64,000 bases of DNA from an uncultured virus (IMG/VR IMGVR_UViG_3300005337_000018) (IMGVR_UViG_3300005337_000018); one strand, 5' to 3'. Shown: positions 28,056-37,164, numbered from the stretch's first letter. Made by a program: numbers and translations. The notes: generated from the letters alone by a model not told the origin.

Positions 28056-28693
28056 CACGCCCACCCCGCGTAGGTGATGCACACCGGGCCGATGCCCTGA
28101 GCCACGCTGACCGGGTCGGTCAGGGTCTTGCCACACCGGACACAGCACCCGTACTGCTTGCCCAGCGCCCCGGCTTGGGCCGCGGTCATCGGGTTCAACC
28201 CGGCCAGAACCTTCTTGGCCGCATAGGTGCCGCCGACGTATAGCCACCGTCCGATGGTCTTGCCGTCCCAGGTCTTCTTCAACACCAGCCTGCGGAGTTT
28301 GGGGACCATGTAGCCGTTCTTCTTGGCCTTGTCCCAGTAGTACAGGAACTCCTTGCCGGTGTCCTTGCTAACGACCGTGTAGTAGCCGTAGTCCGGAGTG
28401 ACGTCGGCGACCGGCTCCGGGAGCACCGGAGCAGCAACCGGAACCACCGGCACAGCCGGGACCGGAGCCGGAGCGACGTACTGCTTCTTGGCCTTGGGCA
28501 ACTGTTTGAGCGCGTCGATCAGGTTGCTGGCCATGCCCTTGGTGAGCAGGTTCTGCTTCATGGCGAACCGGGCCCGCAGAACGTACTCCGCGTCGGGCGG
28601 CCGGGTGTCGGCGAGGAACGTCAGGTACTTGACCTGAGCCTCGCTGGCAGGAGCGTTGGGCTCCTTGATCGTGATGATCTTGGGGGTTGTCAT
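28055..28693 (-). CDS. DUF6011-like domain protein
   Basis: C-terminal GCCVRCGKTLTDPVSVAQGIGPVC; N-terminal PASEAQVKYL. Confidence 0.75.
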   Translation of the reverse strand: MTTPKIITIKEPNAPASEAQVKYLTFLADTRPPDAEYVLRARFAMKQNLLTKGMASNLIDALKQLPKAKKQYVAPAPVPAVPVVPVAAPVLPEPVADVTPDYGYYTVVSKDTGKEFLYYWDKAKKNGYMVPKLRRLVLKKTWDGKTIGRWLYVGGTYAAKKVLAGLNPMTAAQAGALGKQYGCCVRCGKTLTDPVSVAQGIGPVCITYAGWA

Positions 28694-28721
28694 TGGGGGC
28701 TCCTCTCCCTCGTTCACCCTC

Positions 28722-28751
28722 ATGCTATCACGTGCTACCATCTGACACCAA
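28722..28751 (-). promoter_or_regulatory. Cassette-family promoter
   Basis: TTGGTG-18 bp-TAGCAT with TGGTAGCACGTGATAGCA. Confidence 0.6.
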
Positions 28752-28754
28752 CAC

Positions 28755-28786
28755 GCAAAGCAAAGAGCCCGGCCGAAGCCGGGCTC
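28755..28786 (-). terminator. Intrinsic terminator
   Basis: GAGCCCGGC-TTCG-GCCGGGCTC followed by TTTGCTTT on the minus strand. Confidence 0.75.
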
Positions 28787-28807
28787 CCTCCCCACGCTCA
28801 CACCGTG

Positions 28808-29173
28808 TCACTCGGCCGTCTCGGTTTCCTCGACCTCGGCCTCGACCGCCTTGGCGAGCACGGCCTCCTCCGAGTCCGCAACCCCCTCGACCATCGCTTC
28901 CAGATCGGCCGGGATCACCACGTCGGCCATGAGTGCCTGGAACGTCTCGGCGTCCTCAGCCGCCTGGACCACCGGAGCGCTGGACAACTCGATCAGTTCG
29001 TCCACCAGGACGGCCATCCGATCGATCTGGACCTTGGCCAGCTTGGACAGTTCCAGCCTCTGCTCCGGGGTGAGACCGGGACGGCCACCCAGAATCTGAG
29101 CCGCCGCGAACGCGCGGCGCTGGATCGAGTGCCGCAGGTCGTTGCGCTCCTCGAAACGGTTGATGTCGGTCAT
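28808..29173 (-). CDS. Hypothetical acidic protein
   Basis: GGAAGGGG RBS; followed by a terminator. Confidence 0.65.
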   Translation of the reverse strand: MTDINRFEERNDLRHSIQRRAFAAAQILGGRPGLTPEQRLELSKLAKVQIDRMAVLVDELIELSSAPVVQAAEDAETFQALMADVVIPADLEAMVEGVADSEEAVLAKAVEAEVEETETAE

Positions 29174-29230
29174 GTCGTTCCCCTTCCTCGGGAATCGGAT
29201 CTGGTGACCGGCTGATCACCTGATGCCTTG

Positions 29231-29260
29231 ATGCTAGCACACGCTAGCGATAGATACCAA
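29231..29260 (-). promoter_or_regulatory. Cassette-family promoter
   Basis: TTGGTA-18 bp-TAGCAT with CGCTAGCGTGTGCTAGCA. Confidence 0.6.
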
Positions 29261-29346
29261 ACTGCTGGGCAGTTGGTATTCGAGTAATTCGGCGTACTGT
29301 CAGCACACCAACTCCACCAGTCGGGGACCAGCAGAAAGAGGGCAGC

Positions 29347-30309
29347 ATGAAGAAACGCACCAGGGCGGTTGTGTCCACGGCAGGGGGAATGCTGCTCACA
29401 GCCGGGATCATTCTGCTGGCCGCACCCGCTGCATCGGCCAGCGGTGACGGTGTTACCCCGCAGGGTGGTGGCGGGTACGGCACCACAACCAAGACCGTCA
29501 CCGTGACGGTCACCTGCGCACCGACAACGGTCACCAAGACCGTGCCGACCACCAAGACCGTCACCTACACGACCGAGGTTCCGACCACGGTCACCCAGCC
29601 CGGCACCACGATCACCCAGACCGTGCCGACGACCAAGACCGAGACCGTCACGACGTCGGTGCCGACCACCCTGACCGAGACCGTCACCACGACGTTCACC
29701 CCGCCGGACACCGGTCAATTCAGCGTGCCGGTCGGCACGCCCACTACGGTCACAGTGCCAACCACAGTGACCACCACGGCCACCGAGACCATGACTCTGC
29801 CACCGAGCACCGAAACCGTCACCTCGGCGACCACGGACACCGTGACGCTGCCCAACAGCACCGTCACCGAGACCACGACGTTCACCCCGGGGAGCCCCGG
29901 ACAGCAGACCGGTCCTCCGGTCACGGTGCCGATCACAGTCACGGTGCCGGGGTCCGGAACCACACAGACACTCACGATCCCGGTCACCGTGCCCGAGGGC
30001 AGCACCGTGACTGTCACCGAGACTGGTTCCGACACGACGGCCACGGCGACCAGGACCGAGACCGCCAGCACGACCGATCACCAGATTGCGGTCAAGTCCT
30101 TCATCGTGCTGCTCAGCAACGGCACGTCGGAGACCGTGTCCAGCGGCTCGACCACCGGCCCTGTCATTCCGGGACCGATCGTGCCGGGTGAGCTGGCCAG
30201 CACCGGCACCGACGCCGTCAACCTCGCACCGTGGGGCCTGGTCGGAGTCTTGTCCGGGGCCTGCTTGCTCCTGATCGGAGCGGTGAAGCGGAAGCCACGC
30301 AGTCACTGA
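29347..30309 (+). CDS. Thr-rich secreted protein with LAxTG sortase cell-wall sorting signal
   Basis: Signal peptide (MKKRTR...APAASA), TVT/TET repeats, then ELASTG + hydrophobic segment + KRKPR. Confidence 0.8.
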   Translation: MKKRTRAVVSTAGGMLLTAGIILLAAPAASASGDGVTPQGGGGYGTTTKTVTVTVTCAPTTVTKTVPTTKTVTYTTEVPTTVTQPGTTITQTVPTTKTETVTTSVPTTLTETVTTTFTPPDTGQFSVPVGTPTTVTVPTTVTTTATETMTLPPSTETVTSATTDTVTLPNSTVTETTTFTPGSPGQQTGPPVTVPITVTVPGSGTTQTLTIPVTVPEGSTVTVTETGSDTTATATRTETASTTDHQIAVKSFIVLLSNGTSETVSSGSTTGPVIPGPIVPGELASTGTDAVNLAPWGLVGVLSGACLLLIGAVKRKPRSH

Positions 30310-30583
30310 TCCTCCCGAGTTGCGCAACGGGGACCCGCGAAAGCGGGTCCTCGTTGTTGTTTCTCCGGAACTCGACGTTCCACAGCACCGTGATGACGAT
30401 CGGAATGCCGTCGGTGCCGTACACGAACACCACCGTGAACCCGTCACCCCGTGCGTGCCACCGGTCACCATTCGCCGGGTAGCGCAGGAACGATCCCCGG
30501 AACAGGCTCTTGATTGCTTTGGTCGGGATGCCCATCTCCGCAGCCCGTTGCCGGGCGTGCGGAGACAGGCGGGCGGTGAACAT
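30218..30583 (-). CDS. DUF4258/RelE-like small protein
   Basis: LSPHARQRAAEMGI...VVFV...IVITVLW; the 3' end overlaps the convergent gene. Confidence 0.55.
   Translation of the reverse strand: MFTARLSPHARQRAAEMGIPTKAIKSLFRGSFLRYPANGDRWHARGDGFTVVFVYGTDGIPIVITVLWNVEFRRNNNEDPLSRVPVAQLGRISDCVASASPLRSGASRPRTRLRPGPTVRG
30331..30350. terminator. Hairpin between convergent genes
   Basis: GGACCCGC-GAAA-GCGGGTCC followed by T-rich sequence on the plus strand. Confidence 0.65.
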
Positions 30584-31335
30584 CAGTGCTTCCGCTTGCC
30601 GCCGCGGGACCCGCGACGACGGCGCTTCCCTTCCGGACCGTTCCGCAGGGACTCCTTGGCCAGCAGCGACTCCCAGTCCTCCTCGGACGTCGGAATGACA
30701 TCGTCCGGGACCCCGGCCAGCGGGCCATCCTCCGGGACCAGACCCATCAGGGTGTCGGTCTCGTCGTCGGCGACGTCGATCGCGGTGTCACCGTCCCACG
30801 CCAACTCGGTCGCCCCGCTGAACGCGGCGGACTGCGGGTGAGTGGACCAGTCGAACTGCCTCTGGCGACCGGTCGGAACGTAGTTCGGGTTCGGAACCCA
30901 GGACCGGGCAGGCACAGTTTGTCCAGCCGCCGCACCGGCCGCGGGCGGAGTCCAGCGGGGGGCCTTGGCTTCCTTGTCGCGCGGAATCTTGGAGTACGGA
31001 CGGTAGGGCTGCAATTCGGCGAACGCGGACCAGGTGGCATACAGCGCCTTGGACCGGGTCCCGTGCTCGGTCTTGGGGGACCGCTTGATCATCTCGTCCT
31101 TGGCATGGGACCAGTAGTCGACGTCGCGCACCTGATCAGCGACGATCTGGGCCAACTCCTCCCGGTCGACCAGGACGCGGTAGAGATAGTCAGCGCCGGG
31201 CCAGGTCTCGATCTGGCGGTCCGGACCGAATATCCGTTCCAGGTCGGCCTTGACGCGGGCTCGGACCATCATGACGCCGGGCAGGTCTCGGTGGGCGACG
31301 ACGGAAATGAACCCGTCGGTGGACATCATCCACAC
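30583..31335 (-). CDS. Phage hypothetical protein
   Basis: MWMMSTDGFISVV...VRARVKADL...ADYLYR; GAGAGGAG RBS. Confidence 0.7.
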   Translation of the reverse strand: MWMMSTDGFISVVAHRDLPGVMMVRARVKADLERIFGPDRQIETWPGADYLYRVLVDREELAQIVADQVRDVDYWSHAKDEMIKRSPKTEHGTRSKALYATWSAFAELQPYRPYSKIPRDKEAKAPRWTPPAAGAAAGQTVPARSWVPNPNYVPTGRQRQFDWSTHPQSAAFSGATELAWDGDTAIDVADDETDTLMGLVPEDGPLAGVPDDVIPTSEEDWESLLAKESLRNGPEGKRRRRGSRGGKRKH

Positions 31336-31378
31336 GGTGTCTCCTCTCTTGAATCTGTTGAGTGACGTTATACTCTGG

Positions 31379-31582
31379 TCAGACGAACGCGGGGGCAGCG
31401 TGCCCCGCGTCCACCACGTGCTGGTTCCACTGCCCGAACATCTTGGGCAGGACGCCGTGTCCGGTCGGACCGGTCAGCACGACGTCACAACCGTCCATCG
31501 TGCAGGTCCAGGTCATCTGGCCGGTGCCGTCCAGAGTGATGACGCGCTGGTGCTTGAACTTGGTGGCGAACTTGACGGCCAT
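31379..31582 (-). CDS. Small Cys/His protein
   Basis: GGAGGAGG RBS after a promoter and hairpin; MAVKFATKFKH. Confidence 0.55.
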   Translation of the reverse strand: MAVKFATKFKHQRVITLDGTGQMTWTCTMDGCDVVLTGPTGHGVLPKMFGQWNQHVVDAGHAAPAFV

Positions 31583-31629
31583 GGCGCTGGCACCTCCTCC
31601 CGGGCGGGACTCTCCCACCCGACACCTCG

Positions 31630-31659
31630 ATGGTAGCAGGTGCTAGCGCATGGTGTCAA
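31630..31659 (-). promoter_or_regulatory. Cassette-family promoter
   Basis: TTGACA-18 bp-TACCAT with CGCTAGCACCTGCTACCA. Confidence 0.75.
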
Positions 31660-31844
31660 ACCTCATCGAGCGCCGGGTACTGGGTGCGCAGTGCCCGGAG
31701 CAGAACCGTTTGCAGATTTCGTTCCTCGTCGGCGGAGATTCGCTTCAGTTCCTCCCGCTGCCAACGCGCCATCCGCACCGGAACCTGAACCGTCTCGAGA
31801 TCCTCCGCGGTGCGGCGTGGCTTCGTGGGTGCCTTGATGGCCAT
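31656..31844 (-). CDS. Ribbon-helix-helix DNA-binding protein
   Basis: TVQVPVRM (strand), RWQREELKRISADE (helix), NLQTVLLRALR (helix); GGAGAGG RBS. Confidence 0.7.
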   Translation of the reverse strand: MAIKAPTKPRRTAEDLETVQVPVRMARWQREELKRISADEERNLQTVLLRALRTQYPALDEV

Positions 31845-31905
31845 GTCAATCCTCTCCTGGGTGCTGTCAAGTGATAGCAGAACTCTACCAGAAAGGACTG
31901 AATTG

Positions 31906-32376
31906 CTACGCCGGAGAGAACGCGGGATCGTTCCGCTGGATCTGGCTGATCGCTTCCCGGACCAGCAGAGGCAGATGATCACGGCCCTCGGTGAGCACTT
32001 CGAGCAGCGCGGTGGAGTCCTCGGCCGTCAGCACGGAGTACCGGGTGACCTCGACGTGCAGCATCGGGTCGATCCCGGACCGGCTGATGACCGGCAGGCA
32101 CTCGGGGCAGGCCATCCGGCGGCCCTGTTCCTCGGACGGCGCGTCGATCCACAGCGGCATCCGCCAGGTCACCCGCGGGCAGGATTCCTTGTGGGCGATC
32201 TGCGACCGGCCGACCTTGCTCACGATGTAGCGGCCGTCGCGCAGCAGGTAGACCACCAGCTCACTCCACCGCGGAGCCCCGGCGCGCTGGCTGGTCACCG
32301 CGGCCAGCACCGCGGCATCGAACTTCAGCACCCGGCCGCCGTCGCGCACCACCCGCGGCAGGTAGGCGCATGTCAT
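31906..32376 (-). CDS. Hypothetical protein
   Basis: ATGA overlap; RWSEL..Y...GRYIVSKVGRS and CPEC motifs. Confidence 0.65.
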   Translation of the reverse strand: MTCAYLPRVVRDGGRVLKFDAAVLAAVTSQRAGAPRWSELVVYLLRDGRYIVSKVGRSQIAHKESCPRVTWRMPLWIDAPSEEQGRRMACPECLPVISRSGIDPMLHVEVTRYSVLTAEDSTALLEVLTEGRDHLPLLVREAISQIQRNDPAFSPA

Positions 32377-32627
32377 TCGGTCGCCACCCGGACGTAGAGC
32401 GACGACCCCGGACCGTTGGCAGGCCCGGCGACCGGCCGGATCCGGGACACGACACCGCGCTGCCGGAGCTGCCGGAGCCGGATGGCGATGTCGTGCGTCG
32501 GCATGTTGAGCTTGCTGGCCACCTCGACCGGCCGGGCCGGTTCTTCCAGGACACGCAAGATCGCCGCGTCCAGCCGGATCAACTCCGGGTTGCTGGACGC
32601 GGGCGGATCCTTGCGCTGAATGGGCAT
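32373..32627 (-). CDS. Winged helix-turn-helix protein
   Basis: ILRVL...PVEVASKLNM...IAIRLRQLRQRGVV. Confidence 0.7.
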   Translation of the reverse strand: MPIQRKDPPASSNPELIRLDAAILRVLEEPARPVEVASKLNMPTHDIAIRLRQLRQRGVVSRIRPVAGPANGPGSSLYVRVATE

Positions 32628-33587
32628 CTACAGGATGGGCTTCTCGTCCCACGCGGTACCGGTCCAGTAGACGAGCGTCTCGTTGACACTCGCGTACTCG
32701 GTGTCCGGGTCCCACGCCGTGGTGGGGTCGGCGACGTAGCCGCCGCCGTTCAGCGCCGCGAGGATCTCCTCGAGCGTTCCCGCACCGGAGATCCCGATAT
32801 TGTCGCCGGGCGAGATCGTCTCCACCTGACCGGTGCCCGCGGCCATCGCACCGACCCGGACGATCGCACACGGGTCCGTATCGATCACAGCGATCTGGCT
32901 GACCAGCAACTGGGCCTTGTTCGTGCGTGACGCGACCAGCAGGCCGCTGGTGTCGACGGACGACAGGTAGACCTCGAGCGCACCGGTGAAGAACACCTGC
33001 GGGTTGCCCTCGAGCGAGTAGCCCGCATTGATCACCACCGGGTCACCCCAGACGGAGTAAACCGCGGTCTCGTTGAACTTCAGCACGCCGTCCACGACCA
33101 ACTGCGGGGCAACTTCCGGGGCGACATGCAGGATCGGGTGGCCCGGTGGAGTGGCATCCGGGTTGACCGCCTTGGCGTACCAGAGTGCTCGCGCCTCGGC
33201 GACCGCGGCGACCAGTCCCGTTGCATCGGCCGGTGCAGCGACCTCGGTGGCGGCAGGATCGCCGATCCACGACTCGGTCCCGGCCACCGGCTGGGAGACC
33301 AGGGCCCGCCCCAGGACGTACTCCTGGACCGATTCCAGGGCTTGTTGCAGCCACTTCTCGTCGTCGTCCCGCATACACCGGACGGTCCGGTGCAGCTCGG
33401 CGGTGATGCCGAACGGCAGGGTCGTGTAGACCCCGGGATCGGACCCCGGGATCAACTCACCGCCCTGATCCGGATCACAGGCATCTTCGAGCACGACCCG
33501 GACCGAGCACTCCCGGGAGTCGCCTTCCCAGCCCCGGTACCACTCGCCGGTGCCCTCCCTTACGTCCGCGGCATCCAGCAGTCGCAT
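32628..33587 (-). CDS. Probable structural protein, major capsid pentamer-like
   Basis: PFGITAEL..C, QEYVLGRAL, ILHVAP, WGDPVVINAGY and FTGALEVY resemble, from memory, capsid pentamer proteins of cluster-B-like actinophages. Confidence 0.5.
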   Translation of the reverse strand: MRLLDAADVREGTGEWYRGWEGDSRECSVRVVLEDACDPDQGGELIPGSDPGVYTTLPFGITAELHRTVRCMRDDDEKWLQQALESVQEYVLGRALVSQPVAGTESWIGDPAATEVAAPADATGLVAAVAEARALWYAKAVNPDATPPGHPILHVAPEVAPQLVVDGVLKFNETAVYSVWGDPVVINAGYSLEGNPQVFFTGALEVYLSSVDTSGLLVASRTNKAQLLVSQIAVIDTDPCAIVRVGAMAAGTGQVETISPGDNIGISGAGTLEEILAALNGGGYVADPTTAWDPDTEYASVNETLVYWTGTAWDEKPIL

Positions 33588-33612
33588 GGCTCTCTCCGTT
33601 CGTTGTTGCTGA

Positions 33613-34287
33613 TCAGAATAGGGGTGTGAACCGCAACTGCCCAGAACCGCTGAGCCATGGGTAGGGGGTATCCGGGAACCCGAACCTCCGGGCGACGATG
33701 CCTTCGACCAGTGGATCCGCCAGGATCAGGTCCAGCCAGCCCAACGGCAGAGGCACCCACGTCAGTGCGCCACCAGCCGGAACGGTCTCCAACGGGTCCC
33801 ATTCGGTAGACACGTAGACCGGAGCCGCGGAGACCTGTTTCGCCAGCCAGAGCGCCGGTTCGACCAAGGTGCTCGACTTCAGGCCGATCTCCAAGGACGT
33901 GGCCGACTGACTGGCGAGGTTGGCCAGGGCGACCCGGTTGTAGCGCCAATGGTCGTTGCCGACCGTCACCACCGGGTCCAGGAACATCGGCGGAGGGGTC
34001 GGGTTGGGTGTGTCGTAGACCAGCGCATTGATCCGCCCGATGGCGACCATGCCCATGGATTCGATGATCAGGCACTGAGCGATGTCGTCAGGCTGTGGAT
34101 CGGTGTAACTGTGGAGCACTCGCACTCCATCGATGTTGCCGCCCGCGATGTTCACGACCAGTTCGTTCGGGACGTCGTCATCGAACGACACACTGATCAC
34201 CGTCGCGGCGACCCACTGCAATCTGGATCGCCGGGCCAGCAGGTCCACCAGGAACGCTGGCGGGAGCGTGCCGAAAGAGGCTGTCAT
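33613..34287 (-). CDS. Minor tail protein
   Basis: Last gene of the tail operon; OB-fold-like N-terminus. Confidence 0.55.
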   Translation of the reverse strand: MTASFGTLPPAFLVDLLARRSRLQWVAATVISVSFDDDVPNELVVNIAGGNIDGVRVLHSYTDPQPDDIAQCLIIESMGMVAIGRINALVYDTPNPTPPPMFLDPVVTVGNDHWRYNRVALANLASQSATSLEIGLKSSTLVEPALWLAKQVSAAPVYVSTEWDPLETVPAGGALTWVPLPLGWLDLILADPLVEGIVARRFGFPDTPYPWLSGSGQLRFTPLF

Positions 34288-34291
34288 TCGG

Positions 34292-35386
34292 TCACCCGCC
34301 ACCCTCGATGGGAATCTTGGTGGCCAGGGTGTCCATCCCCATCGAGGACGTGTTCAGGGAGATGGTCATCTTCTCGATGAGGTGCTTCTCCCGAGTCCCG
34401 TTGGTCAGTACGACCGTGATGACGTCACCCGGCTCGAGAAACGGGACCGGTGAGGAGCCGAATGTGAGTTGTCGGTTCTGGGCGACGGCGCGGGACAGCA
34501 GGTTGTTGGCCACCGACTGGCACTGGGCGTTGGTCATCAGGAACTGGGACGTGTAGAACATCGGCACCTGCCCGAACTCACCGCCGTAGCGCGTCGGGCT
34601 GGTGGGGTTGGTGTCGGAGACGAAGGCGTAGGGGATCGGCCTGTTGTTCCCCGGGTCCTTGCCGGTGACGACCACGGCGTTGTAGACCCCGGTACGAGTG
34701 TTGGTCACCGCCTGGTTGGTCAGCAAGCCACCGTCGCCGGGGTTGATGGTGTACACCGACCGGCCCTTGGACAGCGACGGGCTGTTCTTCAGCACGAACA
34801 CCCCGTCGTAACCGGCGTAGACCTCGCCCAGCACCGAACTGGCCAGTTGGTCCACGGCATCACGTCGGTCCTTGTCCCAAATCAGAGGGATCGGAGTCAG
34901 GACGTTCCTGGTGATCTCGTTGCGGAACCGGACGTGCGGGACCACCTCGCCGATCAGGTTCTTGACCCCAGCGATGGCGTTGGTGCCCACCGGTGCCGTC
35001 CGCGGCCGAATGAAACGGGCGTCGACCACGTAGGACTCCAACCCGACTCCCTTGATCGCCAGGCTGCCGCCGTCGGCCCGGGTGACCTGTTCCATCCGGT
35101 ACTCACCAAGTTGGATCGCCTCGGCGAAGCCGATGGACGAGATGCCCTTGTAGACCCGGAAACGGTAGGAGTAAACGTCGGCCGGGATGGTGTTGTCCCA
35201 TGGGTTGTTCGCCAGCACCAGATCGCAGTTGAGCCGCACTCCCGCGCCGCGGTCCGCACTCACCTGGCCGGACACCACCGGAACATCGCGGGCCACCACC
35301 GTACCGGCCTTGACGATGTCCACCCGCGCGTAGTTGGAATGCGAGTAGCGAACGGCGCTCGCATAGGTCGCGGAAATCTTGATCAT
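34292..35386 (-). CDS. Minor tail protein (baseplate hub/Tal-like)
   Basis: YNAVVVTG, PTRYGGEFGQVP and PFLEPGDVITV motifs; second gene after the tape measure. Confidence 0.8.
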   Translation of the reverse strand: MIKISATYASAVRYSHSNYARVDIVKAGTVVARDVPVVSGQVSADRGAGVRLNCDLVLANNPWDNTIPADVYSYRFRVYKGISSIGFAEAIQLGEYRMEQVTRADGGSLAIKGVGLESYVVDARFIRPRTAPVGTNAIAGVKNLIGEVVPHVRFRNEITRNVLTPIPLIWDKDRRDAVDQLASSVLGEVYAGYDGVFVLKNSPSLSKGRSVYTINPGDGGLLTNQAVTNTRTGVYNAVVVTGKDPGNNRPIPYAFVSDTNPTSPTRYGGEFGQVPMFYTSQFLMTNAQCQSVANNLLSRAVAQNRQLTFGSSPVPFLEPGDVITVVLTNGTREKHLIEKMTISLNTSSMGMDTLATKIPIEGGG

Positions 35387-37164
35387 GGAGTCGGCAGCTC
35401 GATCTGCGTCCACGACTCCCACGCGGGCAGGGTCGGCAACTCAGTGGTCCCCAGCAGGATGTTCGGGCTCTCGGAGACGTCCGGCTGCAACGGTTCCTCG
35501 CCGATCCGGACCTCCATCCAGGACTCGTTCAAGCGCTCGACAAGGGCCCAGGTGTCGAACTTGTCCTTGACCTGTTGCCAGGTCTGCCCTTGCTGGGACG
35601 CGGCGTTGATGAGTCCGACTGGCTTCTCGACCTTGACGAACGGCACTTGCCACATCCGGTGCGGCTTCCGGTGATCGCGGTACGGCCGGGATTCGGACAC
35701 CGTGCCGACGGCGATGTACCAGGAACCCTCGGAACCGCCTTCCGGCATCAGGATCTCCGGGTTCCGGAACAGCAATGTCCGGCCGGTCTGGAACAGCGCC
35801 AGCACCATCTTGCGCTGCTCGAGCGTGGTGGTGAGCAATGACAACGTCCCGGTCGCCCAGTTGCGGACGTCGGAGATGACGATCTGCGGTGACCGCAGGA
35901 GGATCGAATAAACGTCCTGCCGGGCGGCATAGGCCAGGTCGGAGATCTCGATCAGGCCGAACCACTCGCCCAGTTGCGGGTACACCGGGTCGTTCAGCAG
36001 GATCGGCGTGCAGTTGTAGATCGAGTCGCCCATGTCGGCCGACGGCACCTCGATCTGGCAGGTGGTGTCGGCGTAAATCTGTGACGGCCCGTAGAACAGC
36101 GACGTGGCGTTTCCGGCCGTACCACCTGTGGACCCTTGGGCCGGGCCCTCCCAGATGATGTCAGCGTCCTGTTTCCATGCCCTGAAGTTGGTTCCCGGCC
36201 ACTTCATCTCGGTCGGCGTCGGTAGTGGAGCGGCCGGGGTAGGCGTGTCCCCGGAGAACCAGTACGGGGTGTTCTCCGTGATGTACGCCTTGTCCTGCAT
36301 CCCGAACCGGCCCAGATCCCAGTCCGCGCTGTACTCCCGCAGGTCAGTGCCGTGGTAGAGCCGGACCCACACCGTGCTCGGCACGTTGCCGCTCGGCATG
36401 TTGAAGTCCAGGGAGAACCCGAACCACTCCGACTGGGTGTTGGCAGCGATGCTCAGAACCTTGACCGGCGCAATGATATTCGCACCGTTGGCCGGGTTGA
36501 GGACGGCGATCCAGAGTGAGCCGACCTGGTCCTGGTTCGCCTTGCCCTGTGAGATGTCATTCCATGACGGGAACTCACTCTTGACATTCGCCCAGGTCCG
36601 TCTCGGGTTGTCCCGCACGTCCACCCACAGGTTGACGTCGTGGAAGTTGACCCGGGCCTCACCGGTGATCCGGTAGCCCCGCTTGACCGCCACCTTGCTG
36701 GCGCTCACGGTCACCATCGTGCGAGCGCCCAAGGTCCCCGGGGTGGACGTCGTCTTGGTGATATGCCCGTGCTTCATGGTGTCTTCGGTGACGATGGACA
36801 ACGTCCGGGCAGGACCAGCGGTCCAGGTTCCGATCCCGTGGGTCCAGTCCGGGGTCATGATGTTGTTCCGCTGGATCAACCGGTCGACCGAGTTGATCGC
36901 CGTCTTGGCCAGCGCCAGCACGGTCCGGTACTGCACCGGCACCGCAATCGGGGCTTCCGGATCCTCCCGGACGAAACCGCCCGTGGTAATGACATTGCTC
37001 TGCGTAGCGGTGTCGCGGATCGCCTGGTAGCCGGTGCCCGGGCTCTTGCGGGTGATGGAGATGACGCCGTCCGGGATGTACGTCCCGGTCACCGTGATGG
37101 AGCCGCGGTCCGAGTCCGGTTCGCAACTGAAGAAGGGAATCTGCAGGCCAGCCGGGGTCGTCAT
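35383..37164 (-). CDS. Minor tail protein (distal-tail-like, with inserted carbohydrate-binding-like region)
   Basis: Immediately follows the tape measure; DPEAPIAVPVQYR motif. Confidence 0.7.
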   Translation of the reverse strand: MTTPAGLQIPFFSCEPDSDRGSITVTGTYIPDGVISITRKSPGTGYQAIRDTATQSNVITTGGFVREDPEAPIAVPVQYRTVLALAKTAINSVDRLIQRNNIMTPDWTHGIGTWTAGPARTLSIVTEDTMKHGHITKTTSTPGTLGARTMVTVSASKVAVKRGYRITGEARVNFHDVNLWVDVRDNPRRTWANVKSEFPSWNDISQGKANQDQVGSLWIAVLNPANGANIIAPVKVLSIAANTQSEWFGFSLDFNMPSGNVPSTVWVRLYHGTDLREYSADWDLGRFGMQDKAYITENTPYWFSGDTPTPAAPLPTPTEMKWPGTNFRAWKQDADIIWEGPAQGSTGGTAGNATSLFYGPSQIYADTTCQIEVPSADMGDSIYNCTPILLNDPVYPQLGEWFGLIEISDLAYAARQDVYSILLRSPQIVISDVRNWATGTLSLLTTTLEQRKMVLALFQTGRTLLFRNPEILMPEGGSEGSWYIAVGTVSESRPYRDHRKPHRMWQVPFVKVEKPVGLINAASQQGQTWQQVKDKFDTWALVERLNESWMEVRIGEEPLQPDVSESPNILLGTTELPTLPAWESWTQIELPTP

